Shown here in pieces: positions 8,688 to 17,105 of a stretch of 20,000 nt of DNA (positions are counted from its first letter, which is position 1; each line of letters opens with the position of its first letter). Under the pieces are notes generated by a model. It saw only the letters and a program-made list of their open reading frames with translations, had not been told where the DNA came from and did no database searches. Location: IMG/VR virus record IMGVR_UViG_3300035698_023758; one strand, written 5' to 3'. Origin of the DNA: an uncultured virus (IMG/VR IMGVR_UViG_3300035698_023758). Taxonomy: Duplodnaviria > Heunggongvirae > Uroviricota > Caudoviricetes. A program made the translations under genes and the position numbers.

Positions 8688-9013
8688 TGCTAAGAGACAA
8701 AATTGCAGATTATTTTGGGAATAAAATTGATTCTGAGTATGTTGTAAATTATTATGAATCAACGCAACATACCGCAAGCTATATTATAATGATTACTCAT
8801 GTTGGTGGTATGGAAGATATGAAAATGCACCTTGTTTTTTGTCTACCATTTATTAAATTAAGCATGCAATTAATCCCAAATATATCAAATTCATATAATG
8901 ATATTGAGCATAATACTTATGAATTTGATATATCAGATCAAGACTCTATTGATAATATGTTAAAAACTATGAGCTGGATTATAAATTATTGCGATCGTGG
9001 GAGAAAACAATGA
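8687..9013 (+). CDS. Hypothetical protein, 108 aa (FDISDQDSID paralog motif)
   Basis: TAATG stop/start coupling at 8685-8689. Confidence 0.7.
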   Translation: MLRDKIADYFGNKIDSEYVVNYYESTQHTASYIIMITHVGGMEDMKMHLVFCLPFIKLSMQLIPNISNSYNDIEHNTYEFDISDQDSIDNMLKTMSWIINYCDRGRKQ

Positions 9014-9228
9014 ATAAAGAAGAATTTACTTTTTATGGAACATTTGGACATGGGCAACTTCATTTTCCTGATTACTTTGAAGTTCATGTTATCGCTAATT
9101 CAAAAGAAGAAGCGGAGATGCTCGGTCGTAAACGTATGAGCGATGCTACTGACAATCGGTATTGCTGTTTTCATGATTCACTCGAAAAGGTTCATAAACA
9201 AGATCGAATTTACAGAGGAAAAGCATAA
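9010..9228 (+). CDS. Small phage hypothetical protein, 72 aa
   Basis: GGAG RBS and ATGA overlap; FYGTFGHGQ...YFEV..AxSxEEA pattern typical of small phage proteins. Confidence 0.7.
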   Translation: MNKEEFTFYGTFGHGQLHFPDYFEVHVIANSKEEAEMLGRKRMSDATDNRYCCFHDSLEKVHKQDRIYRGKA

Positions 9229-9233
9229 AGAAC

Positions 9234-9512
9234 ATGCAGCTAAGCATACTTCAATTAATTATAAAAGAGAATTTCCATGGGTTAAAGATAAGAAGTTCTA
9301 AAACATCAGAAGTGGAATACTTTATATACGAAGAAGAAAAAATGATTAAAGGGATTGAATATTATAATCACATAGTCAATATCCAATCAATTGGTACAAT
9401 AATTAAGGCACAAAATTTGCAATTTGACATTTCAAGTCAAAAACAATATAACCAATTTATAGAATTCATACATGATAAAATTAGAGATTCAAGAAATGGT
9501 GACTCTTGGTAG
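9234..9512 (+). CDS. Hypothetical protein, 92 aa (FDISSQ weak paralog motif)
   Basis: Follows the previous stop by 5 nt; converges on the stop at 9515. Confidence 0.65.
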   Translation: MQLSILQLIIKENFHGLKIRSSKTSEVEYFIYEEEKMIKGIEYYNHIVNIQSIGTIIKAQNLQFDISSQKQYNQFIEFIHDKIRDSRNGDSW

Positions 9513-9514
9513 AG

Positions 9515-10900
9515 TTAAAGATTATAAATAAATCTAGATTTTGGGAGCCCAAGCACTTTTAGTAAATGTTTGGACTTTGCATAATCAATTTCAGACACTC
9601 CGATTTTTTTAGCAGCATTCCAAATTGATTTTTTATGATACATTTTATTTTCTCTTCTATGATAGTACCAGTAGCTTTCCACAGTAGTGCCATCTAATAC
9701 CCAATTGCTGGCTTTATAAATAGTACCATCATGCCCAAAAGTAGCATCAGAAAACGATACTAACAATTTAACATGTTCAACATTTGACTTAATATATCGT
9801 ATGCAACGGGATATAAACCAGCTGCTAAAATTTTTTGCTTGATATTGTGGGTGAATAATTAATCTGGTTAATTCTAAAATCTGAAAATACTCAATATTTT
9901 GTTTTTTAGCCGTTTCTAAACGAGTTGGCTTTGCAAAAACAGCACAAGCAATTACTTTAGAGCCAAATTTAACTCCAAGACACATTCCAGATCTTCCATG
10001 TCCCTGATAATGCCAATTTTGCAATAATGCTTTTGCATCTTTCCAATTTATAATGGAGATAAACAGACTAGTAAAGTCAAATTTTGGTGGGTTAATAGAA
10101 TTTAATATTTTGTACTTTACTAATTCAGTATTTTCTAATTGATAATCCCAAAGAACTAACAATTTTTTACCATACTTTCTTGCTAGTTTTTGTTTGTATG
10201 AATCTCTTTGTCTTCGTTGTTTTTTAGTGTGCCAGTATGACCCTTGTATTTCGACAAGAATTGTGTCATTTTGTAGGCCAAAGTCATATCTGAATTCTTC
10301 TAGTGCTGGTTGTGTTGTATATTCAACGGCACATTCATCTAAAATCTCGCGAAATTTCACTTCTAAAGAGCTGCCACCAGATTTAATGCCGCGTTGCACA
10401 GCTTCTTTCCATTCTTTTGTTCCCTGTGTGGGCGACAGTCCTTTTCTTTTTAAAAACGCTTGCACTGATTGATAGGGCCATTCAAATTTTGCAGCTATTT
10501 TATATGATGATAATTTTTCTTCTTCAGACAATCGAATAATTTCATCTTGAAGATAAACTGGTATTACGCTTAAAGTGTCTGCAGCACTCCTAGCTTTATG
10601 ATTTTTATTGATATGATATCTTATAGTTTCTGGGTCAACAGAGTATTTTTCAGATATTGATGGCATTGACAGACCGGAGCTATATAATATTATTATGTTT
10701 GCGATATCTTCATCAGTTAATTTTTGAGCTTTTCTGTTACTATCTGTTTTGATACCTTTTTTTTCTAATATTCTAAATACTGTTCTTTTACCAATCCCTA
10801 GTTTTTTAGATATTGTATGGCCACCAAATTTATTATTAACATACAATTCAACAACCAAAGAATCTCTCTCATCTTTATTATCCCATTTCAAATTATTCAT
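9515..10900 (-). CDS. Fusion: 3x HTH + DUF559/Vsr-like PD-(D/E)xK endonuclease + Mom-family GNAT-fold domain, 461 aa
   Basis: HTH repeats (HTISKKLGIGKRTVFRILEKKGI; SMPSISEKYSVDPETIRYHI; SSYKIAAKFEWPYQSVQAFLKRKGL). Nuclease SSLE...YTTQ...RYDF...LVEIQGSYWH...RDSYK...LLVLWD. Mom-like NWHY...CAVF...ILELTRL...KNFSSWFISRC...LVSFSD...GHDGTIYKASNW. Confidence 0.82.
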   Translation of the reverse strand: MNNLKWDNKDERDSLVVELYVNNKFGGHTISKKLGIGKRTVFRILEKKGIKTDSNRKAQKLTDEDIANIIILYSSGLSMPSISEKYSVDPETIRYHINKNHKARSAADTLSVIPVYLQDEIIRLSEEEKLSSYKIAAKFEWPYQSVQAFLKRKGLSPTQGTKEWKEAVQRGIKSGGSSLEVKFREILDECAVEYTTQPALEEFRYDFGLQNDTILVEIQGSYWHTKKQRRQRDSYKQKLARKYGKKLLVLWDYQLENTELVKYKILNSINPPKFDFTSLFISIINWKDAKALLQNWHYQGHGRSGMCLGVKFGSKVIACAVFAKPTRLETAKKQNIEYFQILELTRLIIHPQYQAKNFSSWFISRCIRYIKSNVEHVKLLVSFSDATFGHDGTIYKASNWVLDGTTVESYWYYHRRENKMYHKKSIWNAAKKIGVSEIDYAKSKHLLKVLGLPKSRFIYNL

Positions 10901-10919
10901 GATGACCAAATTTCGGGTC

Positions 10920-10927
10920 TATTTATA
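10920..10927 (-). promoter_or_regulatory. TATAAATA T4-late-like box upstream of the nuclease-Mom fusion
   Basis: tatttata at 10920-10927, between the upstream terminator and ATG 10900. Confidence 0.5.
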
Positions 10928-10932
10928 GTAAA

Positions 10933-10960
10933 AGAAAAGGCCCTGTTATGGGCCTTTTCT
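10933..10960 (-). terminator. Intrinsic terminator after the 585-aa gene
   Basis: agaaaaggccc-tgttat-gggccttttct, 11-bp stem with A/T tracts on both sides. Confidence 0.82.
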
Positions 10961-11027
10961 CATAAAAGTATCAAATACTTAATCAAATGTTTAAAAACAA
11001 AAGAAAACAAAAAGAAGTACGTCTTCT

Positions 11028-12785
11028 TTAACCTTGCCAACTATCACCATTGAACCACATAAATCGTGTTCCGTTATACCATCCATCACCGAATTTTGGG
11101 TCACGTCCTAATAATATTTTAAGCCTTGGCAAAACATTGGTATTGTAAAATTCTGGGTCACTTCCAAGATTAGCTGTTTTGATTGGTAGATTAATTATTC
11201 TATGGTTTAATGCACCAGTATATCCATATCTATCAATGTTAGAATTGGCTGATATGCCGGATTGTGCCTCAAGATCAATAGTGTTACCAAGACCCTGATC
11301 CGCTTCGGTAACAAATCTGTTGTCATATCCCGGTTGAGATGGTGAATTTAAACGAGATGTGCTACCAAGAAGTGCTTGTGACTGCCCAATTGTCGGCGTG
11401 TATTTTGGTGTTCTACTAATTCCAAAAGAGCTAATTCTTGTAGAAGTTTGAGAAAATGATATATCTGCTGGTGTTTCTGCTATCGAATCAAATTCATCAA
11501 AAAAATCTTGGATCTCAGAGGTAGTACCACCCCAAATGGATGATAAAACAACGTGGCCTTTACCAAATCCTTGTTCCCATTGGGTAGAATCAGCACCTGT
11601 TTTTAATAGCAGATTATCTATCGAGATAATTTCTATTATATCACCGGCAGTGTAACTGCTTAGCAGATCTAATGATGCAAATTCTATACCTTCAGTGCTT
11701 GGTGTTCCACCTGTTTCAGAGTCTGTTACATTGTATGTTGAAAAATAAAATCGTAATTGGCTTCCGCTAGAATCTACTCTCTCTATTCGTGACACCCATA
11801 CTGGGTAGTATAACCCACTTGAGTCTCCAGTTGGTGAATCTCCAGCTGGGGCTGTTATATTGAATTCTCGGAACATTGCCTGCGGTATTGTGATGTTTTC
11901 AGTAGATTGCCTATTAGCGTTAGCATCATATGGATAATTAAATGAGTTTAACCATGTTTGAACATCACTATCAAGCTCTGGGATAGCATTCCATGAGCTA
12001 TCTGTTAATAATCCTGTCCCATGACTAAATGCTAAGGTTGAATAGTCATTTGTTACCGCAGACCCACCTGGAATTGTGTCTACTATTTCATAAATTGCTG
12101 GTGAATCGTAGAATCCATCACTATTTGAATCAGTTAGGTCTGCTGGGGGTTCTAGTAAGTCTAAAAACGCTTGGACTGTTGTTAAGTCGGTGTCGAGTGT
12201 TTTGAATGTTAAGAATCCCGCTACAGTTTCGGTTTCTCCTGAGTCTATTGCTGTTGATTCTTCTGTTGTGGTTACAACAGTTAGCCTTGTTGGTTGATAT
12301 GTTAATGTGCTACCAATATCATAGTCGGCTGAGAATATTGCTACTTCTGTTGCTGATCCAATAGCGTTGGCTGTGAATATTAACTTTAACCATCCATCAT
12401 ATCCGTTGGTGGTACTGTTTTCTCCAGCTATTCTTTTAATTTTTGATAATCTTAAGTTTTCCCATTTTTTGGGCATTGAAGCGTGCATGTCCCAGATCAA
12501 CTGAAGTGGGACATCAACTTCTGTCGTTCCGCTTGCCACTCTTGGTTGGACAACATATGGAAATAATGCTTGGTGTCCAAGTCTTAATTGTAAGTTATCA
12601 GTAGCTTTTGCTAATACTAATTGTCTAACTGTTAGATCTGCTAATGGCCTATTTAGGGCTTCAAAGAATACTGGGTCCTTGGCTGTAAGCCATCTGATAT
12701 TTAATGTATCATCGAGGCCAGTAAAGTTATCAAACAAAGTCCCAGGGGATTTTGTTGGCACTTTTGTTGGACTAATAGTTGGCAT
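11028..12785 (-). CDS. Putative virion structural protein, 585 aa, T/S/D/G-rich
   Basis: Long ORF with acidic beta-rich composition; N-terminal LNRPLADLxxRQLVL motif resembles tail-fibre/baseplate N-termini. Function is inferred. Confidence 0.6.
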   Translation of the reverse strand: MPTISPTKVPTKSPGTLFDNFTGLDDTLNIRWLTAKDPVFFEALNRPLADLTVRQLVLAKATDNLQLRLGHQALFPYVVQPRVASGTTEVDVPLQLIWDMHASMPKKWENLRLSKIKRIAGENSTTNGYDGWLKLIFTANAIGSATEVAIFSADYDIGSTLTYQPTRLTVVTTTEESTAIDSGETETVAGFLTFKTLDTDLTTVQAFLDLLEPPADLTDSNSDGFYDSPAIYEIVDTIPGGSAVTNDYSTLAFSHGTGLLTDSSWNAIPELDSDVQTWLNSFNYPYDANANRQSTENITIPQAMFREFNITAPAGDSPTGDSSGLYYPVWVSRIERVDSSGSQLRFYFSTYNVTDSETGGTPSTEGIEFASLDLLSSYTAGDIIEIISIDNLLLKTGADSTQWEQGFGKGHVVLSSIWGGTTSEIQDFFDEFDSIAETPADISFSQTSTRISSFGISRTPKYTPTIGQSQALLGSTSRLNSPSQPGYDNRFVTEADQGLGNTIDLEAQSGISANSNIDRYGYTGALNHRIINLPIKTANLGSDPEFYNTNVLPRLKILLGRDPKFGDGWYNGTRFMWFNGDSWQG

Positions 12786-12922
12786 TGTTGTAACCTTTTA
12801 AAAAATGATTTTACGTTTTATGTTTTATTCAAAATAATTTCACATGGATTATATCAGGTATTTTTATTTACTTATATTTGACAGTGTCTAAATAATTATA
12901 CCATCCGTATTTAAAAATTGTA

Positions 12923-13309
12923 ATGAATGATATAAAAAAATTTAAAACAATGTCAATCCCAAAAATAAAATTGAAAAAAAGAAAATTTAATTTTATTGGT
13001 GATTCTGAAGACGATTATCTAGAATTTATTAAAAATTACGTTGAATATTGTGATCCGGAATATTTTTCAGTAATTAGTTTTAATAACATAGAGGATGATT
13101 TTTTTCATATAAAACTCACAAATGATCTTTCAAATCCAGAGTTAGAGGTAAGTGCTAAATATGCAATAAACAGAATACCAATTTTTCTTTTTCGAAACGA
13201 TTTTTGGGTAAGTGCAGACGGCACAATGAAATCATTAACTGATGTTTTTCGACCTGATCCCACAGCAAATTCACCAAAAAACACTTCAAATGTAATTTAT
13301 AGGATATGA
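12923..13309 (+). CDS. Hypothetical protein, 128 aa
   Basis: ORF directly upstream of clpS with a 1-nt gap. Confidence 0.65.
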   Translation: MNDIKKFKTMSIPKIKLKKRKFNFIGDSEDDYLEFIKNYVEYCDPEYFSVISFNNIEDDFFHIKLTNDLSNPELEVSAKYAINRIPIFLFRNDFWVSADGTMKSLTDVFRPDPTANSPKNTSNVIYRI

Positions 13310-13310
13310 T

Positions 13311-13634
13311 ATGAAAACTAATGTAAAAGATCCAGATAAAAAAGATGATCAAAAACCAAAAAAGAATCCGCAATACTCTATTATATTATTTAACGATGAT
13401 GACCATACTGGCGTATACGTAGTTGAATTACTAGTGAAAGTATATAGGCACCAATTGAAAAAAGCTATTGAGTTAACAAATAATATTGATCAAAAAGGAC
13501 AATCGCTAGTATGGGTCGGGTCCAAAGAACTTGGAGAGTTAAAAATTGAACAGACCAAGAACTTTGGCAATGACCCATACGGGGAAAACTTGGTTAAATA
13601 TCCTATGATATGTAGTTTAGAGCCACTTTCATGA
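13311..13634 (+). CDS. clpS: ATP-dependent Clp protease adaptor ClpS
   Basis: PQYSIILFNDDDHTGVYVVELLVKVY...AIELTNNIDQKGQSLV...GELKIEQ...SLEP matches the ClpS core. Confidence 0.9.
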   Translation: MKTNVKDPDKKDDQKPKKNPQYSIILFNDDDHTGVYVVELLVKVYRHQLKKAIELTNNIDQKGQSLVWVGSKELGELKIEQTKNFGNDPYGENLVKYPMICSLEPLS

Positions 13635-13636
13635 TA

Positions 13637-14569
13637 TTAGATCAATACGAAGTCGTTTGGTTGTTTCCCATTGATTGTAACATCATCCAAGCTATCAACA
13701 AGTATTCTTAATTCAATCTTACCGCTTGGATCGGTTGGATCGCTTGGATCGGTTGGGGGGTTTGATGGCGTGGTTGTTGCCGGACCATATAATTTTTGAA
13801 TTCTTGGAATATCATCATTTACTTGTGGTTTAGTAATTGATGGAGTATAGTATGGTGCCATAAGAGCACTTTGTTGCTGTGAATGATCAAGACCAAGCAT
13901 ATGACCGAATTCATGCGTAGCAACATTCAAATAAAGAATACCACGATCTGATGCATTTTTGATCCATGTTTCATCAAGATCAAATCTCATCAATAATTGC
14001 CCATTATAATTCCCACCCTGTGGAAGATATGCCCAAGCTAATGTGTTACCTGGACCATCAAAATTCGCAGATTTTCCTCTACCAGTTGATAGTATTAATC
14101 TGGCATCTGCTGTAGATTGTACTCTTTCAAATTCTAAATCAGCAACTGCTGCCCAGTTGCTAAAGGCTAGTGCAATAAGGTCATCTTGATCCGATTTGCT
14201 TATTGCTTGAGTAGTGTAGCTTTCAATATAATATGTTAATTTTTTAATACCCCATTTAGATGATAAAGGACCAGCAGCCGCAGCCATTCTATAATCAGGG
14301 CAACCGCATCTTGGGGTGGTTTTCATTGCTCTAACGGTGACTTTATCAATCACTCCAGTAATCTTTAAGCCAAATGTTTTTTGAAATTGTTTTACGTTCT
14401 TTTTAAAATTATCCTCAGTGAATTTTTGAATTTTATTTGGGTTAATATAATAATGGTCAATATAATTTAAAGCATACTTTGTTTCTGTTTCAGATAATCC
14501 ACTATTATCTGCAACTGTTTTTACATTTTGTTTTGTGACCGCAAGTGTTGATTTTGTTACTTTTCTCAT
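13637..14569 (-). CDS. Matrixin / matrix metalloproteinase (peptidase M10A) with PG-binding-like prodomain and cysteine switch
   Basis: VKQFQKTFGLKITGVID (PG_binding_1-like), PRCGCPD (cysteine switch), KWxxKKLTY, FDGPG, HEFGHMLGLDHS (HExxHxxGxxH), ALMAP (Met-turn), P/T/D/S linker, short C-terminal module. Confidence 0.93.
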   Translation of the reverse strand: MRKVTKSTLAVTKQNVKTVADNSGLSETETKYALNYIDHYYINPNKIQKFTEDNFKKNVKQFQKTFGLKITGVIDKVTVRAMKTTPRCGCPDYRMAAAAGPLSSKWGIKKLTYYIESYTTQAISKSDQDDLIALAFSNWAAVADLEFERVQSTADARLILSTGRGKSANFDGPGNTLAWAYLPQGGNYNGQLLMRFDLDETWIKNASDRGILYLNVATHEFGHMLGLDHSQQQSALMAPYYTPSITKPQVNDDIPRIQKLYGPATTTPSNPPTDPSDPTDPSGKIELRILVDSLDDVTINGKQPNDFVLI

Positions 14570-14647
14570 TTTAAGTTCCTATCGGATGATTGGTAATTAT
14601 TGTTTAAACCCACCATTATCTTTAATTACTCATTAAATGGATTAAGA

Positions 14648-15004
14648 ATGGATACATTACCTGTGATAAATTGTGATGGATGTGGTGCCTGTTGTGAGAA
14701 AATGGGCAGTCCACCTTTTACTAAATTAGAAATAAAGGCCCTCCCACAAGATTTGCGTGAAGAAGTGCTTAAATATAATAAAGTAAAATATAAAAGAGAA
14801 GAAGACGGATTACCATGTTATTGGTTTGATACAGAAACAAAGAAATGTCAGAATTATGAGAACAGACCTTTTGTCTGCGAAGATTTCAATGTGGGTGAAA
14901 TTGCTTGCTTATATTGGAGAAGAAACGCCAAATTAATAACCGATAATGAATTATTTGAAATGACTAATATTTTGAACAAAACAGAAAAAAACAAAAATTC
15001 TTAA
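14648..15004 (+). CDS. YkgJ-family CxxCxxCC cysteine-cluster (Zn or Fe-S) protein
   Basis: CDGCGACC...PCYWFD...CQNYENRPFVCEDF...C; ATG 14648 preferred over TTG 14600. Confidence 0.88.
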   Translation: MDTLPVINCDGCGACCEKMGSPPFTKLEIKALPQDLREEVLKYNKVKYKREEDGLPCYWFDTETKKCQNYENRPFVCEDFNVGEIACLYWRRNAKLITDNELFEMTNILNKTEKNKNS

Positions 15005-15059
15005 ATTTAATAAGTTTAGTGTTGTATTTTCACTATACACATATCATTAAAATATTTTT

Positions 15060-15368
15060 CTAATTTTTGTTAAAAAAAGCTGGATCAGATATACTAAAAA
15101 CAGTGTGATCAGCACTCATAAATTTTTGATTTTCATGTGAACAAAAACTAATATCCACATCTGAAGACATAATAGAAATACCACCAATATCAAGCACAAT
15201 TGGCAATTCATCATAAGCATAATCAATAAGTGTTTGATGCATCCGAACAACATTGTGATAAAAATCCATTTTAGCACGAAATTTATTATTCAAGCTTTTA
15301 TTTTTTATTATTTTATTTAAAAAATCTTGAATAATAAGTAATGTTAATTCATTTGCATTTTCATTCAC
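15060..15368 (-). CDS. Hypothetical protein, 102 aa (FSISDPAFF paralog motif)
   Basis: Overlaps the stop of the upstream gene; part of a minus-strand cluster. Confidence 0.65.
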   Translation of the reverse strand: MNENANELTLLIIQDFLNKIIKNKSLNNKFRAKMDFYHNVVRMHQTLIDYAYDELPIVLDIGGISIMSSDVDISFCSHENQKFMSADHTVFSISDPAFFNKN

Positions 15369-15603
15369 AAAATTGATTTTCTAAAAATCGATTTACACTA
15401 TCATTAGATTCGATTTTTTGTTCTTGACCGCCATTCCAATGAATAAATGACCCAGAGCATGAAAATATAACGTACACTGATTCACATCCTTGACTTATCG
15501 CAATCTGCCCACATTCATTATCAAAATCAAACCAATGTTTCATAACGATAATAGGTTTAAGGTTATCCAACGTATCAAAGTATAAACGTGTTTGACTTTG
15601 CAT
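15361..15603 (-). CDS. Hypothetical protein, 80 aa
   Basis: ATG 15603 preceded by AGGTGG RBS. Confidence 0.65.
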   Translation of the reverse strand: MQSQTRLYFDTLDNLKPIIVMKHWFDFDNECGQIAISQGCESVYVIFSCSGSFIHWNGGQEQKIESNDSVNRFLENQFCE

Positions 15604-15609
15604 ATCCAC

Positions 15610-16014
15610 CTATCTCGTAAAGTTAATAATCCCTCTATTATTAACAGAGAAGGATTGTTTAATATAACCAGTAAGCCTCTTTTTTAATACTCTAGAAGGC
15701 ACCGTAGAATATTGTATTTCTTTGGTTTTAATATTTTGAATATTTTGGTTAAATTTATGCTTTCTAAACAAATTAGTTTGGTCAATTCTAGGAGCAATAC
15801 TTATTGACTCTGAAAGCATTTCCCATTGCCTCTGTAGTGCTAATTCTTGCTCAATATCATATTCCTGTTGCTCAAGAGGTATTACGTTTTGTTGTTGAAC
15901 AATAACCTCAACATTATTAGATATCTGTGTTTTATCTTTACAAACAAAGCAATAATCATTTGCAAATAAAATCGATACTGGTAGCATCACTAATATAAAT
16001 GTAACATATCTCAT
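15610..16014 (-). CDS. Secreted Gln-rich protein with N-terminal YCxxC, 134 aa
   Basis: Signal peptide MRYVTFILVMLPVSILFA|, then NDYCFVCK. Confidence 0.72.
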   Translation of the reverse strand: MRYVTFILVMLPVSILFANDYCFVCKDKTQISNNVEVIVQQQNVIPLEQQEYDIEQELALQRQWEMLSESISIAPRIDQTNLFRKHKFNQNIQNIKTKEIQYSTVPSRVLKKRLTGYIKQSFSVNNRGIINFTR

Positions 16015-16016
16015 TT

Positions 16017-16529
16017 TTAATACCTGCGTGATATAAACGGGCGTGGGAGTTGAGGTGATTGTTGTTTGATTTGTGTCTGTGGTTTAGATTTATTTTCTTG
16101 TATTATTTTTTTGGTTGTGGTAGTGTAACTAGATGCCTTACTTTCCTGAATGCCCTGATTTATAATAGTTGCCTCTATATCAGTACCAGAAGTCACCACA
16201 TTTTGTATAAGAAATGGTTGTGATTCTTCTTGATATTTAACCAACGGTTGCTGTATTCTTTGTTTTAGCTGCAATTTTGGTATGTTATTTGAAAATTGAA
16301 ATCTTCTACGCAATGGTTGTCTTATATCCTCTGGTATTAAAAACTCCATCGGAGCAAGTTGAGGTGGGTAAATAATATTATTTTCAACGCGGGTTTTAGT
16401 TGACACAGACGTTGTATTAGTTACAACAACTTTTGGTGGGCAATCATAACAATATGATGATTTTTTAGATCCATACCCAGCTGCCTCAAGATTTATTGGA
16501 ATTAGCAAAAATACTATAATATATTTCAT
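16017..16529 (-). CDS. Secreted Gln/Pro/Thr-rich protein with N-terminal YCxxC, 170 aa
   Basis: ATG 16529 with AAGGAG RBS; signal peptide MKYIIVFLLIPINLEA|, then SYCYDCPP. Confidence 0.75.
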   Translation of the reverse strand: MKYIIVFLLIPINLEAAGYGSKKSSYCYDCPPKVVVTNTTSVSTKTRVENNIIYPPQLAPMEFLIPEDIRQPLRRRFQFSNNIPKLQLKQRIQQPLVKYQEESQPFLIQNVVTSGTDIEATIINQGIQESKASSYTTTTKKIIQENKSKPQTQIKQQSPQLPRPFISRRY

Positions 16530-16688
16530 CAAATTTCTCCTTTTATCTATATTTGATATAATTAGCATTTCTACAGATATATACATTAAGAAGAACGGGG
16601 GCGTCGTAACCTTTCAATTGATCGTTTTCTTCTTACAAAGCTGGTCCACCCAGGTCTTTTTTATGATAGCATGTTCATCTGGGTCGAA

Positions 16689-17105
16689 TTAATTTTCAAG
16701 ATTATGTTTTTTTATTTTTCTTTCAAATCTTGTCCAGTGGCGTTTATTTAATAAACGATATGCCTTATCGAAGTTTTTAGCTGCTTCATGTATAAGATCT
16801 ATGATTGAATCAATAGACTCAGGTCTACATATATTATAGCTGAATCTATCTGTTTGATATGTGTTAAAAATTACGCTACGCACTGATCTAATATCAATAA
16901 CAAATTCATCGTCTCTAATAATACCAGAGGCATATTTTGACCAAGAGCCCATTGGGTATTGTGAAACAAAACAAGAAAAACCACAATCAGCTGATGATTT
17001 TGGTACCCAATCATCAGTCGTTTCTTTAATGTACATATATAAATTGTTTTCAGTTTTACCACACTTTTCAATGATGGTTTCGAATATTATTCTTTGGATA
17101 TTCAT
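16689..17105 (-). CDS. Hypothetical protein, 138 aa (YNICRPESID paralog motif)
   Basis: Clean ATG ORF of phage-like composition. Confidence 0.7.
   Translation of the reverse strand: MNIQRIIFETIIEKCGKTENNLYMYIKETTDDWVPKSSADCGFSCFVSQYPMGSWSKYASGIIRDDEFVIDIRSVRSVIFNTYQTDRFSYNICRPESIDSIIDLIHEAAKNFDKAYRLLNKRHWTRFERKIKKHNLEN

Noticed and set aside
15361..16014. Possible TAG recoding (TAG at 15610-15612 followed in frame by the next ORF)
   Set aside because: The downstream ORF has its own AGGTGG RBS and ATG. Long genes are uninterrupted under the standard code and coding density is already high.
15610..16529. YCxxC motifs as heme-binding sites
   Set aside because: No His follows the second Cys.
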